32,615 nt of DNA from Armatimonadota bacterium (GCA_037446215.1 JBBIJB010000008.1:1-32615); one strand, 5' to 3'; shown: positions 18,977 through 28,058, numbered from the stretch's first letter. The notes: generated by a model from the sequence alone, not told the origin. Program-made: numbers and translations.

Positions 18977-19309
18977 ATGTCGAAGGCAGGAAAGCGCATG
19001 AGGTGCGGGTGCGCGACGCACGACGGAGCGGTGGACCGGGCGGCCGCGGATGCCGCCGCCTCGCTTCTCGGAGCCCTCGCCGACCCGATACGGCTCGGGA
19101 TCGTGGAGCTGCTGTCGGGCCACGACCGGCTGTGCGTCTGCGACATCTCGGCGGCGTTTCCGGTCAACCAGCCCACGATCTCGCATCACCTCCGGCTGCT
19201 GCGCGAGGCCGGGATCGTGGACGTCGTACGGCAGGGCCGCTGGAGCCACTACGGGCTGAAGCGCGACGCCCTCAAGAGGGCCACCCAGCACATCCTCAGG
19301 CTGATCTAG
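18977..19309 (+). CDS. arsR: ArsR/SmtB-family metalloregulator
   Basis: ALADPIRLGI, LCVCDI (As(III)-binding CxC box), QPTISHHLRLLREAGIV, GRWSHY. Alternative start 18998. Confidence 0.92.
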   Translation: MSKAGKRMRCGCATHDGAVDRAAADAAASLLGALADPIRLGIVELLSGHDRLCVCDISAAFPVNQPTISHHLRLLREAGIVDVVRQGRWSHYGLKRDALKRATQHILRLI

Positions 19310-19369
19310 TTAGGATCCGAAGGGCGGATGCAGAAGGAAGGGGAGCCGGTGGCAACGGAGGAGCGAGAG

Positions 19370-20071
19370 ATGAGCACGGAAGAGATCCGCCAGGCGGTTA
19401 GAGAGCGCTACGCGCGCGCGGCGAAGTCGGGGAGGTGCTGCGGCCCCGATGAGGGCGGCGAGACCCAGTCATCCTGCTGCGAGCCGCGGGCGGAGGCAGA
19501 CGCCGTCCCTTCGCTGGGCTGCGGGTTTCCGGTCGAGGCGGCGGCGCTCTCGCCCGGTGAGGTTGTGTTGGACCTCGGCAGCGGGCCCGGGCTGGACGCC
19601 TTCACGGCGGCCGGGCTGGTGGGGCCGTCCGGACGGGTGATCGGAGTGGACATGACGCACGAGATGGTGGCGCGCGCACGGGCGCACGCCTCCCGGATAG
19701 GCGCCTCGAACGTGGAGTTCCGCCTGGGGGAGATCGAGCACCTCCCGGTCGCCGACTCGTCGGTCGACGTGGTAGTCAGCAACTGCGTGATCAACCTCCT
19801 GCCCGACAAGCGCCCTGCCTTCGCAGAGGCGTGCCGCGTGCTCAGGCCCAAAGGGCGGTTGGTGGTCTCGGACATAGTGAGCGAGGGCGAGGTCCCGGCC
19901 GGGCCGCTCACCCCGGACCGCTGGGCCGCGTGCGTGGCCGGCGCGCTCCCACAGCACCAGTACCTAGAGATGATAGAGCAGGCGGGCTTCGGCGAGGTCG
20001 AGATCCTGACGAAGAGGGGTTACTCGGAAGCAGGGCTCTTCAGCGTCACCGTTCGCGCCGTCAAGCCCTAG
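19370..20071 (+). CDS. arsM: Arsenite S-adenosylmethionine methyltransferase
   Basis: VRERYA, two CC pairs, SLGCGFP, VLDLGSGPGLD, GVDMT, SNCVINL, WAACVAGA (conserved ArsM cysteines). GGAGGAG precedes ATG 19370; alternative starts 19328 and 19349. Confidence 0.88.
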   Translation: MSTEEIRQAVRERYARAAKSGRCCGPDEGGETQSSCCEPRAEADAVPSLGCGFPVEAAALSPGEVVLDLGSGPGLDAFTAAGLVGPSGRVIGVDMTHEMVARARAHASRIGASNVEFRLGEIEHLPVADSSVDVVVSNCVINLLPDKRPAFAEACRVLRPKGRLVVSDIVSEGEVPAGPLTPDRWAACVAGALPQHQYLEMIEQAGFGEVEILTKRGYSEAGLFSVTVRAVKP

Positions 20072-22260
20072 GCCCACGGCTCTGCCGGCGCGGCGTCCGT
20101 TCCGCCGCGCACGGTCACCCGTGTCTCCCAGGCCTCCTCGGGCTCCAGGCTGAGCGGCCACACGAGCAGCAGGGAGGCTCCCTGGAAGGTGCGCTCAAAG
20201 CCCGCCTCCGAGGCCGAGACCACCTCGATGGGGCTCCCCCATACCGACGCCGCGGGAAAGCCGACCCGCACCCTGAACGCCCACTCCGGATCGTCTATCA
20301 AGACCGAGGTGGAGGTGCCGGCCAGAAACAGCTCCCCCACTCCCCGGCGGACGGCCCTGCCCTCGTCGATCAGGAAGGAGGCCGCGGGGCCGCTCACACC
20401 CCAGTTGGTCTCCACGGCGAAGTCCGCGCGCAGTGAGCGCGTGCTCCTGTTGGTCACCTTGTAGGCGACCTCCAGCGATGCCTGCCCGGGCGGTACCGCA
20501 AACGTCTTCTCGATGCGGACCGGCGCGTGGTAGTCGCCCGCCCAGAGATGGCCGTCGCGGACAAGTCGAACGAGAGCGTGCCGGGGGCCCCGGCGCCGGC
20601 TCTTGGGCTCTCGCCCCACCTGGGAGGCGGTGTAGGGCTGGTTCACGAAGTCTCCCAGCTCGCGCAGCCGGCCGGTGGAAAACGCAGCGGGCCCCCCGCC
20701 GGGCTCCAGGAGGTGGTCGAGGAAGCCGGAGCGGCGGTACCAGTCGTAGATCAGGAACCTGCCCAGGCCCGGCTCCCTGACCCGGACACGCTCCGTGTGT
20801 ATCGACTCGAGCAGGTCCTCCTCGCCCGGTTGTACGAGCACGGCGTCACCCCTGGCGAGCGCCGCCCGCAGGGTCTGGTGGTAGCCCTCTGGGCGGCGCG
20901 TCATCACGTTCGCCAGGTTGACGCCCGCGCCGCGGACGTCCCAGGCAACCACGCTGCCTCCGTCGGCGGGGTCGATCGTTATCACCTGCGCGTCGGATCT
21001 GACCAGGATCTCCGGGCGGCCGTCGGCATCGTAGTCGCCCCACGCCTGGGCCACCCAACTGCCCGGCCGTTCCCTACGGTCCGCTATCTCCTCGGCCCGT
21101 ATCAGGTGACGGTAGTTCGCCGCGCGTATGTGGCCGAGGTAGGCGCCGCCGAATACCCCGTGCCAATAGGGGCAGTTGCACTGCCCCTTCCAGAGGCTCT
21201 CCAGGGCAGCGTCGCGATCCGGTCCCGGATGCATCCGCCAGACCTTGCCGCTCACCCGGAGCATCGTCTTGTGGAGGGTGTTGATCTCCGGGTACTTGAC
21301 CAGGAAGTGCCGCCAGAACCCCCCCTGCATGAACCGCAGCAGACCCTCCCTGCCCTCGGCCGCCAGGTCGTGCTTGACCGATGGAAGCAGCGCCGCGGCG
21401 TCGGCCGGCAGCGCCCACTCGGTCATCTCGTCGTAGGAGGCGGTGGGCAGGTAGATCCTGCCCCTTGGCGGATGCGCCCCGATCCACTCCGCCGGCAGGG
21501 CCAGGGTCAGCCACTCCCTCGCCGAGTCCAGCGCCGAAAAGAACGCCTCGACCCATCCCTTCTCCCAGCAGAGCGCGAAGGTGCCCGGCCACAGCCCGAA
21601 CTTCTCGCCGTCGTCCCCCATCACCAGGATCCTGTCAGGGTCCGCGCCGCCGGCGGCCTGATCGCGAAGCCATGCCATCAGGTCTGAGACCGGCTGCCAC
21701 GGGATCCTGTAACGAAGTGATTTGAGGCTGGGGAAGATGGAGAGCGTCTCCCCCCCCTCCTCGGTGATGAAGTGACCGGTCAGCTCCGGCTCCGTGAGCC
21801 CGACGTGGTAGAAGTGGGTGTCATCCACTATGGTGTAGCCCACCCCTGCCCGGGCCAGCGGCCTCGGGAGGTACGGCTCCCAGACCCTCTCGGCGAGCCA
21901 GAGCCCGGTCGGATCGTAGCCGAACAGGTCGTGGGCCGTCTTGGTCAGCTTCGCGATTTGGCCGCGCTTGTCCCGATCGGGGATGGCCGGCAGGATAGGC
22001 TCGTAGTAGCCGCCGGTCATGATCTCCGCCTGCCCGCGTCGGACCAGCGCCCGCACCCTGTCTATCAGCTCGGGGCGGGCCTCGGCCAGCCAGTCCAGCA
22101 GGGGGCCGGAGTAGTGCAGCGCCACGCGCACGTTGGGGTGGCGCTCCAGCGCGGAGACCATCGGCTCGTACGCCCTCTCGTAGGCCTGCTCGAAGACCGA
22201 ACCGAAGTTGCCCACGGGCTGGTGGTTGTGGAAGGCCAGGGCGAGTGTCAGGGGGCTCAC
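20068..22260 (-). CDS. GH57 alpha-amylase / 4-alpha-glucanotransferase (DUF1925/DUF1926-type)
   Basis: HNHQPVGNF, LHYSGPL, GGYYEPIL, WLAERVWEP, GDDGEKFGLWPGT, YLPTASY, QCNCPYWHGVFGG, SEAGFE. GTG 22260 lies 10 nt after the glcE stop. Confidence 0.92.
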   Translation of the reverse strand: MSPLTLALAFHNHQPVGNFGSVFEQAYERAYEPMVSALERHPNVRVALHYSGPLLDWLAEARPELIDRVRALVRRGQAEIMTGGYYEPILPAIPDRDKRGQIAKLTKTAHDLFGYDPTGLWLAERVWEPYLPRPLARAGVGYTIVDDTHFYHVGLTEPELTGHFITEEGGETLSIFPSLKSLRYRIPWQPVSDLMAWLRDQAAGGADPDRILVMGDDGEKFGLWPGTFALCWEKGWVEAFFSALDSAREWLTLALPAEWIGAHPPRGRIYLPTASYDEMTEWALPADAAALLPSVKHDLAAEGREGLLRFMQGGFWRHFLVKYPEINTLHKTMLRVSGKVWRMHPGPDRDAALESLWKGQCNCPYWHGVFGGAYLGHIRAANYRHLIRAEEIADRRERPGSWVAQAWGDYDADGRPEILVRSDAQVITIDPADGGSVVAWDVRGAGVNLANVMTRRPEGYHQTLRAALARGDAVLVQPGEEDLLESIHTERVRVREPGLGRFLIYDWYRRSGFLDHLLEPGGGPAAFSTGRLRELGDFVNQPYTASQVGREPKSRRRGPRHALVRLVRDGHLWAGDYHAPVRIEKTFAVPPGQASLEVAYKVTNRSTRSLRADFAVETNWGVSGPAASFLIDEGRAVRRGVGELFLAGTSTSVLIDDPEWAFRVRVGFPAASVWGSPIEVVSASEAGFERTFQGASLLLVWPLSLEPEEAWETRVTVRGGTDAAPAEPWA

Positions 22261-22270
22261 GGCTGTCCGA

Positions 22271-23608
22271 TCAGAGGCGGGCCACGAACCTGCCGGGGTT
22301 GAGTATCCGCATGGGGTCGAACGCGGCCTTGAGGTCACGCATCGCGGCGAGTGCCGCCGGCGCCGGGAACCAGACGTCGCTCGTCGACTTCAGGGCGGCA
22401 GGAGCGCGCGCGACGAGCAGGTGGCCGGCGAGATCGGAGGCGGTCCTGCGCAGCGCGATCAGCGCGGGCGCCCCTTCGTCCGCGTCCAACACCGACCAGA
22501 GCGTTCCGCATCCGGCGTGGGCCGCCAGGGAGGCTCCGCCTGGAAGCAGCCCTCCCAGCCGCTCGAACGCGTCCCCCACCCGCACCGGCGGCAGCGACAG
22601 CCGGGCGACGACGGTCCGCTCCGGGGACCCGGACCATCCGAGGTCCCGAATCCCCCTCCACGCCGCCTCCTCTGAGTCGCCTTCCAGGAGGGCCGCTTCG
22701 AGACCGGCCTCCCCGGCCCAGGCACCCGCGTCCCTGACCTGTCGCCTCACGGCCTGATCGAGTCCCTCGGCCCTGATGGCCAGGCAGGCCCTGGCGCCGC
22801 CGGGCCCCGCGCCCGCCGCCTCGGAGATCCCCAGCGCCCCTGCCGCGGCGGGGTTCAGGAGGGTGACGGCCGACGGCTGCAGCACCGACCCAAGGACACG
22901 AAGGGCGAACCCGAAGACGGCCGCCTGGTCTGTCCCGAAGGCCAGGAGGGTCTGCGATCTCTCCGGCAGCGGCTGCAGCTTGAAGGTCAGTTCGGTGATG
23001 ACCCCGAGCGAGCCGAACGAGCCGACGAAGAGCTTGCACATGTCGTAGCCGGCGACGTTCTTGACGGTCTTGCCGCCGGAGCGGGCGACTCTTCCCTCGG
23101 TGAGCGCCACCCGGATCCCGAGCACCAGGTCCCGGGCAGCACCGTAGCGGGCGCGCCGGGGCCCGCTCAGAGCCGCGGCCGCGGCGCCTCCCGCCGTTGC
23201 TTCCTCGGTGCGCGGGGGCTCCAGCGGCAGGAACTGCCCGTGCCCCGCGAGCGCTCCGGCCAGGCCGCCCAGGGTCACGCCCGCCTCGACCGTCACCGTC
23301 ATGTTGGAGTGGTCGTGGTCCACCACCCGCGAGAGCCGCTCTGTCAGCAGCACCACGTCGGCCGAGAGGGGAGGGTTTCCAACATCGATCGACGTACCGC
23401 CGCCCCAAGGGACCACCGAGGCGCCTGACTCGGCGCAGAGGCGGAGGACCTCACACACCCCTGCCGCGTCCGCCGGCCGCACGGCCACCCGCAAAGCCAC
23501 CCCGTCGACGGACCAGCGGCGGGCCTCTGCCGCGACGACGTTCTCGCCCCCGAGATGGGACTCCAGCCGGAGAATCAGCGACTCTGGGTCGTGTGGCTCC
23601 CGATTCAC
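22271..23608 (-). CDS. glcE: Glycolate oxidase-type FAD-binding subunit
   Basis: PWGGGTS, TVEAGVTL, ATAGG, GGKTVKNVAGYDMCKLFVGSFGSLGVI, LKAAFDP..ILNPGR. Confidence 0.87.
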   Translation of the reverse strand: MNREPHDPESLILRLESHLGGENVVAAEARRWSVDGVALRVAVRPADAAGVCEVLRLCAESGASVVPWGGGTSIDVGNPPLSADVVLLTERLSRVVDHDHSNMTVTVEAGVTLGGLAGALAGHGQFLPLEPPRTEEATAGGAAAAALSGPRRARYGAARDLVLGIRVALTEGRVARSGGKTVKNVAGYDMCKLFVGSFGSLGVITELTFKLQPLPERSQTLLAFGTDQAAVFGFALRVLGSVLQPSAVTLLNPAAAGALGISEAAGAGPGGARACLAIRAEGLDQAVRRQVRDAGAWAGEAGLEAALLEGDSEEAAWRGIRDLGWSGSPERTVVARLSLPPVRVGDAFERLGGLLPGGASLAAHAGCGTLWSVLDADEGAPALIALRRTASDLAGHLLVARAPAALKSTSDVWFPAPAALAAMRDLKAAFDPMRILNPGRFVARL

Positions 23609-24918
23609 GCCCTTGCCTCGTCGAGCATCTCCATCAGGTGGCGAACCGCGACCGGAACACCGTAGCGGGCCGCGCCGTAGCGCAGTTGTATCATGCAGCC
23701 CGGGTTTGGCGCCACTACCACGGCCGCGCCGGTCGCCCTGACCGCCTCCATCTTCTCCCGAAGCACCTCATCCGCCATCTCCGGCTCAAGCAGGTTGTAG
23801 ATGCCCGCGCTCCCACAGCACCGGTCCGGGGGATCCATCTCCCTGACCGTGACGCCCGGAATCGCCCCCAGCAGCGCCCTCGGCTCTGCCCGGACTCCCT
23901 GGCCGTGAGCGAGGTGGCAGGGATCGCTGTACGTCACGACGACCGCCTCACGCTGCTCCGTAGACGGTGTTGCGGTAGGCGGTGAGGCCGACATCGCGAA
24001 CAACAGCTCCGTTGCGTCGCGCACGCGGCCGGAGAAGCTCCCGGCGCGCTCCCGGTAGGCGGGGTCTCCTGCCAGCAGGTGGCCGTACTCCTTGAGGGCA
24101 GCCCCGCAGCCCGCGGCGCTGGTGACCACCGCGTCCATGCCCTCGGGGAAGGCGTCGATGTTGCGCCTTGCCATCCGCCGGGCGCTGGCCAACTCGCCGT
24201 TGTGCATGTTCAGCGCCCCGCAGCAGACCTGGCCCCGGGGAATGTGCACCTCGCAACCGCTCCTGCGCAGCAGCCGGATCGTCGCGTCGTTGACGTCCGA
24301 GAAGAAGAGGTCCATCGCGCACCCGGTGTGGAAAGCGACGCGGGCGCGCCTCTCGCCCAGGGCAGGCAGGACCTCCGCCCGGGGCTCTCCAGGCAGGGCT
24401 CCTATCCTGGGGAGCAGCTCTATCCCTCTACGCAGGCTCCGTGGGAGCAGGCGAGAGAGAGCCTGCGACAAGCCGGTTCGTTGGCCGAAGTGGATCAGCC
24501 GCGCGGTCAGGCGGAGCCTGCCGGGGTGAGGCATCAGGTGGCGGAGCACCACGCGGAGGACTGCGCGCGAGAAGAGGCCGCCGGGCGGGCCGATCGCGTC
24601 ACGCGCCGACTCGGCTATCCGGCCGTACTCGACGCCCGACGGGCAGGCGGTCTCGCACGCCCTGCAGCCCAGGCAGAGGTAGAGATGGCCGGCCACGCTG
24701 CCGCTCGGCGAGAGGCGCCCTTCGGCCATCGACCGAACCAGGTGGATCCTGCCGCGGGGAGACTCGGTCTCGACCCGGGTTACCCTGTAGGTCGGGCACT
24801 GGTTGAGGCAGAGGCCGCAGTGGACACACCTGTCAACCTCGGGGATAGTCGGCATTGCCGCCGTGGATCGGCTGCGCCCAGCCGCGCCTCCCGGGACGGC
24901 CCGGCGCGCTAGGTCCAC
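23605..24918 (-). CDS. glcF: Glycolate oxidase-type iron-sulfur subunit
   Basis: CVHCGLCLNQCPTY, ESPRGRI, CLGCRACETACPSG and two CCG domains (CCGAL, DPCHL, CCGSAG, NPGC). GTG 24918 overlaps the glcD end; alternative ATG 24855. Confidence 0.9.
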   Translation of the reverse strand: MDLARRAVPGGAAGRSRSTAAMPTIPEVDRCVHCGLCLNQCPTYRVTRVETESPRGRIHLVRSMAEGRLSPSGSVAGHLYLCLGCRACETACPSGVEYGRIAESARDAIGPPGGLFSRAVLRVVLRHLMPHPGRLRLTARLIHFGQRTGLSQALSRLLPRSLRRGIELLPRIGALPGEPRAEVLPALGERRARVAFHTGCAMDLFFSDVNDATIRLLRRSGCEVHIPRGQVCCGALNMHNGELASARRMARRNIDAFPEGMDAVVTSAAGCGAALKEYGHLLAGDPAYRERAGSFSGRVRDATELLFAMSASPPTATPSTEQREAVVVTYSDPCHLAHGQGVRAEPRALLGAIPGVTVREMDPPDRCCGSAGIYNLLEPEMADEVLREKMEAVRATGAAVVVAPNPGCMIQLRYGAARYGVPVAVRHLMEMLDEARA

Positions 24919-26360
24919 GCCGTCTCTCCACTCTGATCGGCGATGGGCGGGCTCTTCGCGGAGGTGTGCACCGCCCTGCCCGTCGGGAAGATCTTCTCGG
25001 GGTTCAGGGAGCCGGCGGGGTCGAAGGCCGACTTCACCCGGCGCATCGCGGCCAGGTCGGTCTCCGAGTACATCCACCCGAGGTACTCGCGCTTCTCCAG
25101 CCCGATTCCGTGCTCGCCGGTGATCGTGCCCCCCATCTCGACGCAGGCACGCATCACCTCCTCCGTCGTGGAGACCACGCGTCCAAACTCCTCCGACTCC
25201 GGGTCGAAGTCGAAGATCAGGTTGGGATGGAGGTTGCCGTCGCCGGCGTGGAAGAAGTTGGCGATCCGGACCCCCCAGCGCTCGCCGGCAGCCGTGACCT
25301 TCTGCATCATCTCCACCAGCCGGGACCGGGGCACGCAGAGGTCGAGCATTATCGTGTGCCGGCCCAGCTTGCCCAGCGCCCCTCCGGCGTGCTTACGCCC
25401 CTTCCACAGGCTGAGGCGCTCGCCCCCTGTCCTGGCGGTCTGGATCCGCCGGGCTCCATGAGCCCCGCAGATCTCCTCCAGCCGCGCGACCAGCACCGGC
25501 ATCGACTCCTCGAGCCCCTCAACCTCGACTATCAGCGCCGCCTCGGCGTCTTCCGGGAAGCCGACCTGGAGCGTGGCGTTGACCGCGCGCATCGCCATGC
25601 CGTCGATGATCTCCAGGGCCTCCGGCACTACGCCCGCGGCGATCACGGCCGAGGTCGCCTCGCAGGCGGCTTCCATCGTGTCGAACACCGCCAGCAGCGT
25701 CCTGACGGCCTCCCTCTTCACCATGAGCCGCACTATGGCGCTGGTGACTATCCCAAGCGTTCCCTCGGAGCCCGATAGTATGCCCGGCAGGTCGTAGCCC
25801 GGGGCGTCCCAGGCGCCCCCGCCCATCCACACGACGGTGCCGTCGGCAAGCACCACCTCCAGCCCAAGCACGTGGTTGCTCGTGACGCCGTAGGCGAGGC
25901 AGTGCGGCCCCCCCGCGTTGTTGGCGATGTTGCCGCCTATGGTGGCGGCCACCTGGCTGCCGGGATCCGGGGCGAAGAAGAGCCCGGTGGGCGCCAGCAG
26001 GGCTGTGAGTTCGGCGTTGACGACTCCGGCCTCGACGTGAGCCGTCCTGCTTGCCGTGTCGATCTCAATGACACGGGTCATGCGCGTCAGCGCGACCAGG
26101 ACTCCGCCCCGCTCCGCTATAGCACCTCCGGTAAGGCCTGTGCCGGCCCCCCTGGCGACCACTGGGAAACCGGCCTCCCGTGCGATCCTCACGACGTCGG
26201 ACACCTGCTGCGTGGTCGCGGGAAGCACGACCAGGTCGGGAGGGCGTTTGTTGACCATGATCCCGTCCTGCTCGTAGACGATCAGGTCGTCTGGCCTGTG
26301 GAGGACGTGGCGGTCGCCTACTGTCTTTCTCAGCCGGCGTGCGAGCGCGGAAACGTTCAT
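24909..26360 (-). CDS. glcD: Glycolate/D-2-hydroxyacid oxidase FAD-linked subunit
   Basis: ARGAGTGLTGG, APDPGSQ, TIGGNIANNAGGPHCLAYGVT, GSEGTLGIVT, HAGDGNLHP, GEHGIG, LNPEKIFP. Substrate not proven. Confidence 0.9.
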   Translation of the reverse strand: MNVSALARRLRKTVGDRHVLHRPDDLIVYEQDGIMVNKRPPDLVVLPATTQQVSDVVRIAREAGFPVVARGAGTGLTGGAIAERGGVLVALTRMTRVIEIDTASRTAHVEAGVVNAELTALLAPTGLFFAPDPGSQVAATIGGNIANNAGGPHCLAYGVTSNHVLGLEVVLADGTVVWMGGGAWDAPGYDLPGILSGSEGTLGIVTSAIVRLMVKREAVRTLLAVFDTMEAACEATSAVIAAGVVPEALEIIDGMAMRAVNATLQVGFPEDAEAALIVEVEGLEESMPVLVARLEEICGAHGARRIQTARTGGERLSLWKGRKHAGGALGKLGRHTIMLDLCVPRSRLVEMMQKVTAAGERWGVRIANFFHAGDGNLHPNLIFDFDPESEEFGRVVSTTEEVMRACVEMGGTITGEHGIGLEKREYLGWMYSETDLAAMRRVKSAFDPAGSLNPEKIFPTGRAVHTSAKSPPIADQSGETAWT

Positions 26361-26482
26361 CTAGGCATCTTCGATGGGCTCACTCCATCCTCTCTTTGTC
26401 GCGGGGGCGCGGAGGTCCTGCCGGAAGCGGCGGGCAGGATAGAGTTGACCGTCTGCGGAAGCAAGCCCAGGCGGTGGGCTGC

Positions 26483-27202
26483 ATGAGAACCGTCTTCATC
26501 GCGCTGACCATGGCGGCAGTCGCTGGAGCATCGATAGGAGTGCATCTGATGAGATCAGGTTCGTCCCCCCAAGATGAAGTCGCGGCCGCCGCCGGGGCCG
26601 AGCGGGTCAAGCTGCCTCCCCCGCGGCACGCGGGGAAGGTGTCGCTGGAGGAGACGCTGCTGCGGCGTAGGTCGGTGCGGCAGTTCGCCGAGGCGGCGCT
26701 GGAGCTCGCCGAGGCGGCGCAGCTGCTGTGGGCCGCGCAGGGCACCACAGAACCGAGACGGGGCTTCAGGACGGCGCCGTCCGCGGGCGGGACCTTCCCC
26801 ATGGAGCTCTACCTCGTCTGCGGGGGGGTCGTCGGGCTCCAGAAGGGAGTCTACAGGTACGATCCCGCCCTCCACGAGCTGACCCTGGTGAGACGTGGTG
26901 ACGTGAGAGCCGATCTGGCGGCCGCGGCCGTAGGCCAGGAGATGATAGCGAAGGCGCCGGCCTCGCTTCTCCTGGCGGCAGTCTATGAGCGCACGACGAA
27001 GCGCTACGGGGAGCGGGGCGTGCGCTACGTGCACATGGAGGCCGGGCACGTGGCCCAGAACGTCTACCTGCAGGCGGTGGCCCTGGATCTTGGGACGGTG
27101 GTCGTCGGAGCCTTCGAGGACGCCGCGGTGCGCCGGATCACCGGGATCCCAGAGGCAGAGCACCCACTCTACCTCATGCCCATCGGGCGAAGGCCCAGGT
27201 AG
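26483..27202 (+). CDS. SagB/ThcOx-family nitroreductase-fold flavoprotein
   Basis: RRRSVRQF, QLLWAAQG, RTAPSAGGTFP, RYGERGVRYVHMEAGHVAQN, VVVGAFED. Start ambiguous (26483 or 26549). Confidence 0.9.
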   Translation: MRTVFIALTMAAVAGASIGVHLMRSGSSPQDEVAAAAGAERVKLPPPRHAGKVSLEETLLRRRSVRQFAEAALELAEAAQLLWAAQGTTEPRRGFRTAPSAGGTFPMELYLVCGGVVGLQKGVYRYDPALHELTLVRRGDVRADLAAAAVGQEMIAKAPASLLLAAVYERTTKRYGERGVRYVHMEAGHVAQNVYLQAVALDLGTVVVGAFEDAAVRRITGIPEAEHPLYLMPIGRRPR

Positions 27203-27249
27203 CGGTCGGTTCGGCGACGCGGCCCAGGATCGACGGAGGGATCTGTGCC

Positions 27250-28056
27250 GTGAGGATCGGCATCTCAAGCCTGGCCGCCATCGGCCGGCCTCTCGAAGAG
27301 GTCGAGCAGGAGATGACCCGGTTCGGTGTGGGAGCAGAAGTGATGTGCGAGGCCCCCCATGCCTGGCCTCCGCCTGTGGCGTGGAGCCGGAACAACCTGC
27401 TTGCCCTGCACGCTCCCATAACGGGCGTCAACATAGCCAGCACCAACCCCGGGATACGCGAGGAGTCGCTGTCGCAGGTACTGGAGGTGATCAGGGAAGC
27501 CGCGCGGCTCGGCGCGTCGGGTGTCGTCGTCCATCCGGGCGCCCCTCCCTACGAGGAGCTCTTCCCACGAGACCGCGGCCTCCCACACGCGATCGAGTCG
27601 CTGCGCCGCTGCGCCGAGGCGGCCCAGGAGGTTGGGCTGGAGATCTTCATGGAGAACCTCCCCGCCGTCGCCCTGGCCGAGGGAATGAAGCCGGTGGGGT
27701 TCTCGTACGGCGTGGAGTACGAGGAGCTGCGGTACCTCTTCGACTCCGCGGCACATCCGGCGCTCCGGCTGTGCCTGGACCTCGGCCACGCCTACCTGGC
27801 CGGCAGGGAGGTCCTGGAAGCGATGCTGGCGGATCGCGACGTGGTGCACGTGCACGTCAGCGACAACTTCGGGATGCGCGACGACCACGCGGCGTGGGGG
27901 GACGGCGAGGTGTCGAAGGTGGTCGACCTGACCTGCGACCTGCCGCCCTCGGTGCGCACGGTCGTCTTCGAGCACCTGACGCTGGAGGCGTGCGCCGCGT
28001 CGCTCGAGCGCGTCCTTCCGGACGGCGGCTGGGAACAGGCCCCAGGGGAGCTGTGA
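27250..28056 (+). CDS. Xylose-isomerase-like TIM barrel (sugar-phosphate isomerase/epimerase / AP endonuclease 2 family)
   Basis: LHAP, NIASTNPGIREES, VVVHPG, MENLP, CLDLGHA, HVHVSDN, DDH..WGDG, VVFE metal-ligand pattern. GGAGG SD. Confidence 0.85.
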   Translation: MRIGISSLAAIGRPLEEVEQEMTRFGVGAEVMCEAPHAWPPPVAWSRNNLLALHAPITGVNIASTNPGIREESLSQVLEVIREAARLGASGVVVHPGAPPYEELFPRDRGLPHAIESLRRCAEAAQEVGLEIFMENLPAVALAEGMKPVGFSYGVEYEELRYLFDSAAHPALRLCLDLGHAYLAGREVLEAMLADRDVVHVHVSDNFGMRDDHAAWGDGEVSKVVDLTCDLPPSVRTVVFEHLTLEACAASLERVLPDGGWEQAPGEL

Positions 28057-28058
28057 GT

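Noticed and set aside
18887..20071. arsR-arsM as a mobile element
   Set aside because: No transposase, integrase, terminal inverted repeats or target-site duplication seen, and composition resembles the flanks.
19370..24918. Selenocysteine or stop-codon readthrough in ArsM or GlcF
   Set aside because: All expected Cys positions are ordinary Cys codons in uninterrupted ORFs, with no in-frame TGA.
26483..28056. RiPP (TOMM/azole or MNIO) biosynthetic cluster
   Set aside because: No YcaO, E1-like protein or precursor peptide. The TIM barrel has AP-endonuclease-2/isomerase motifs rather than DUF692 motifs.
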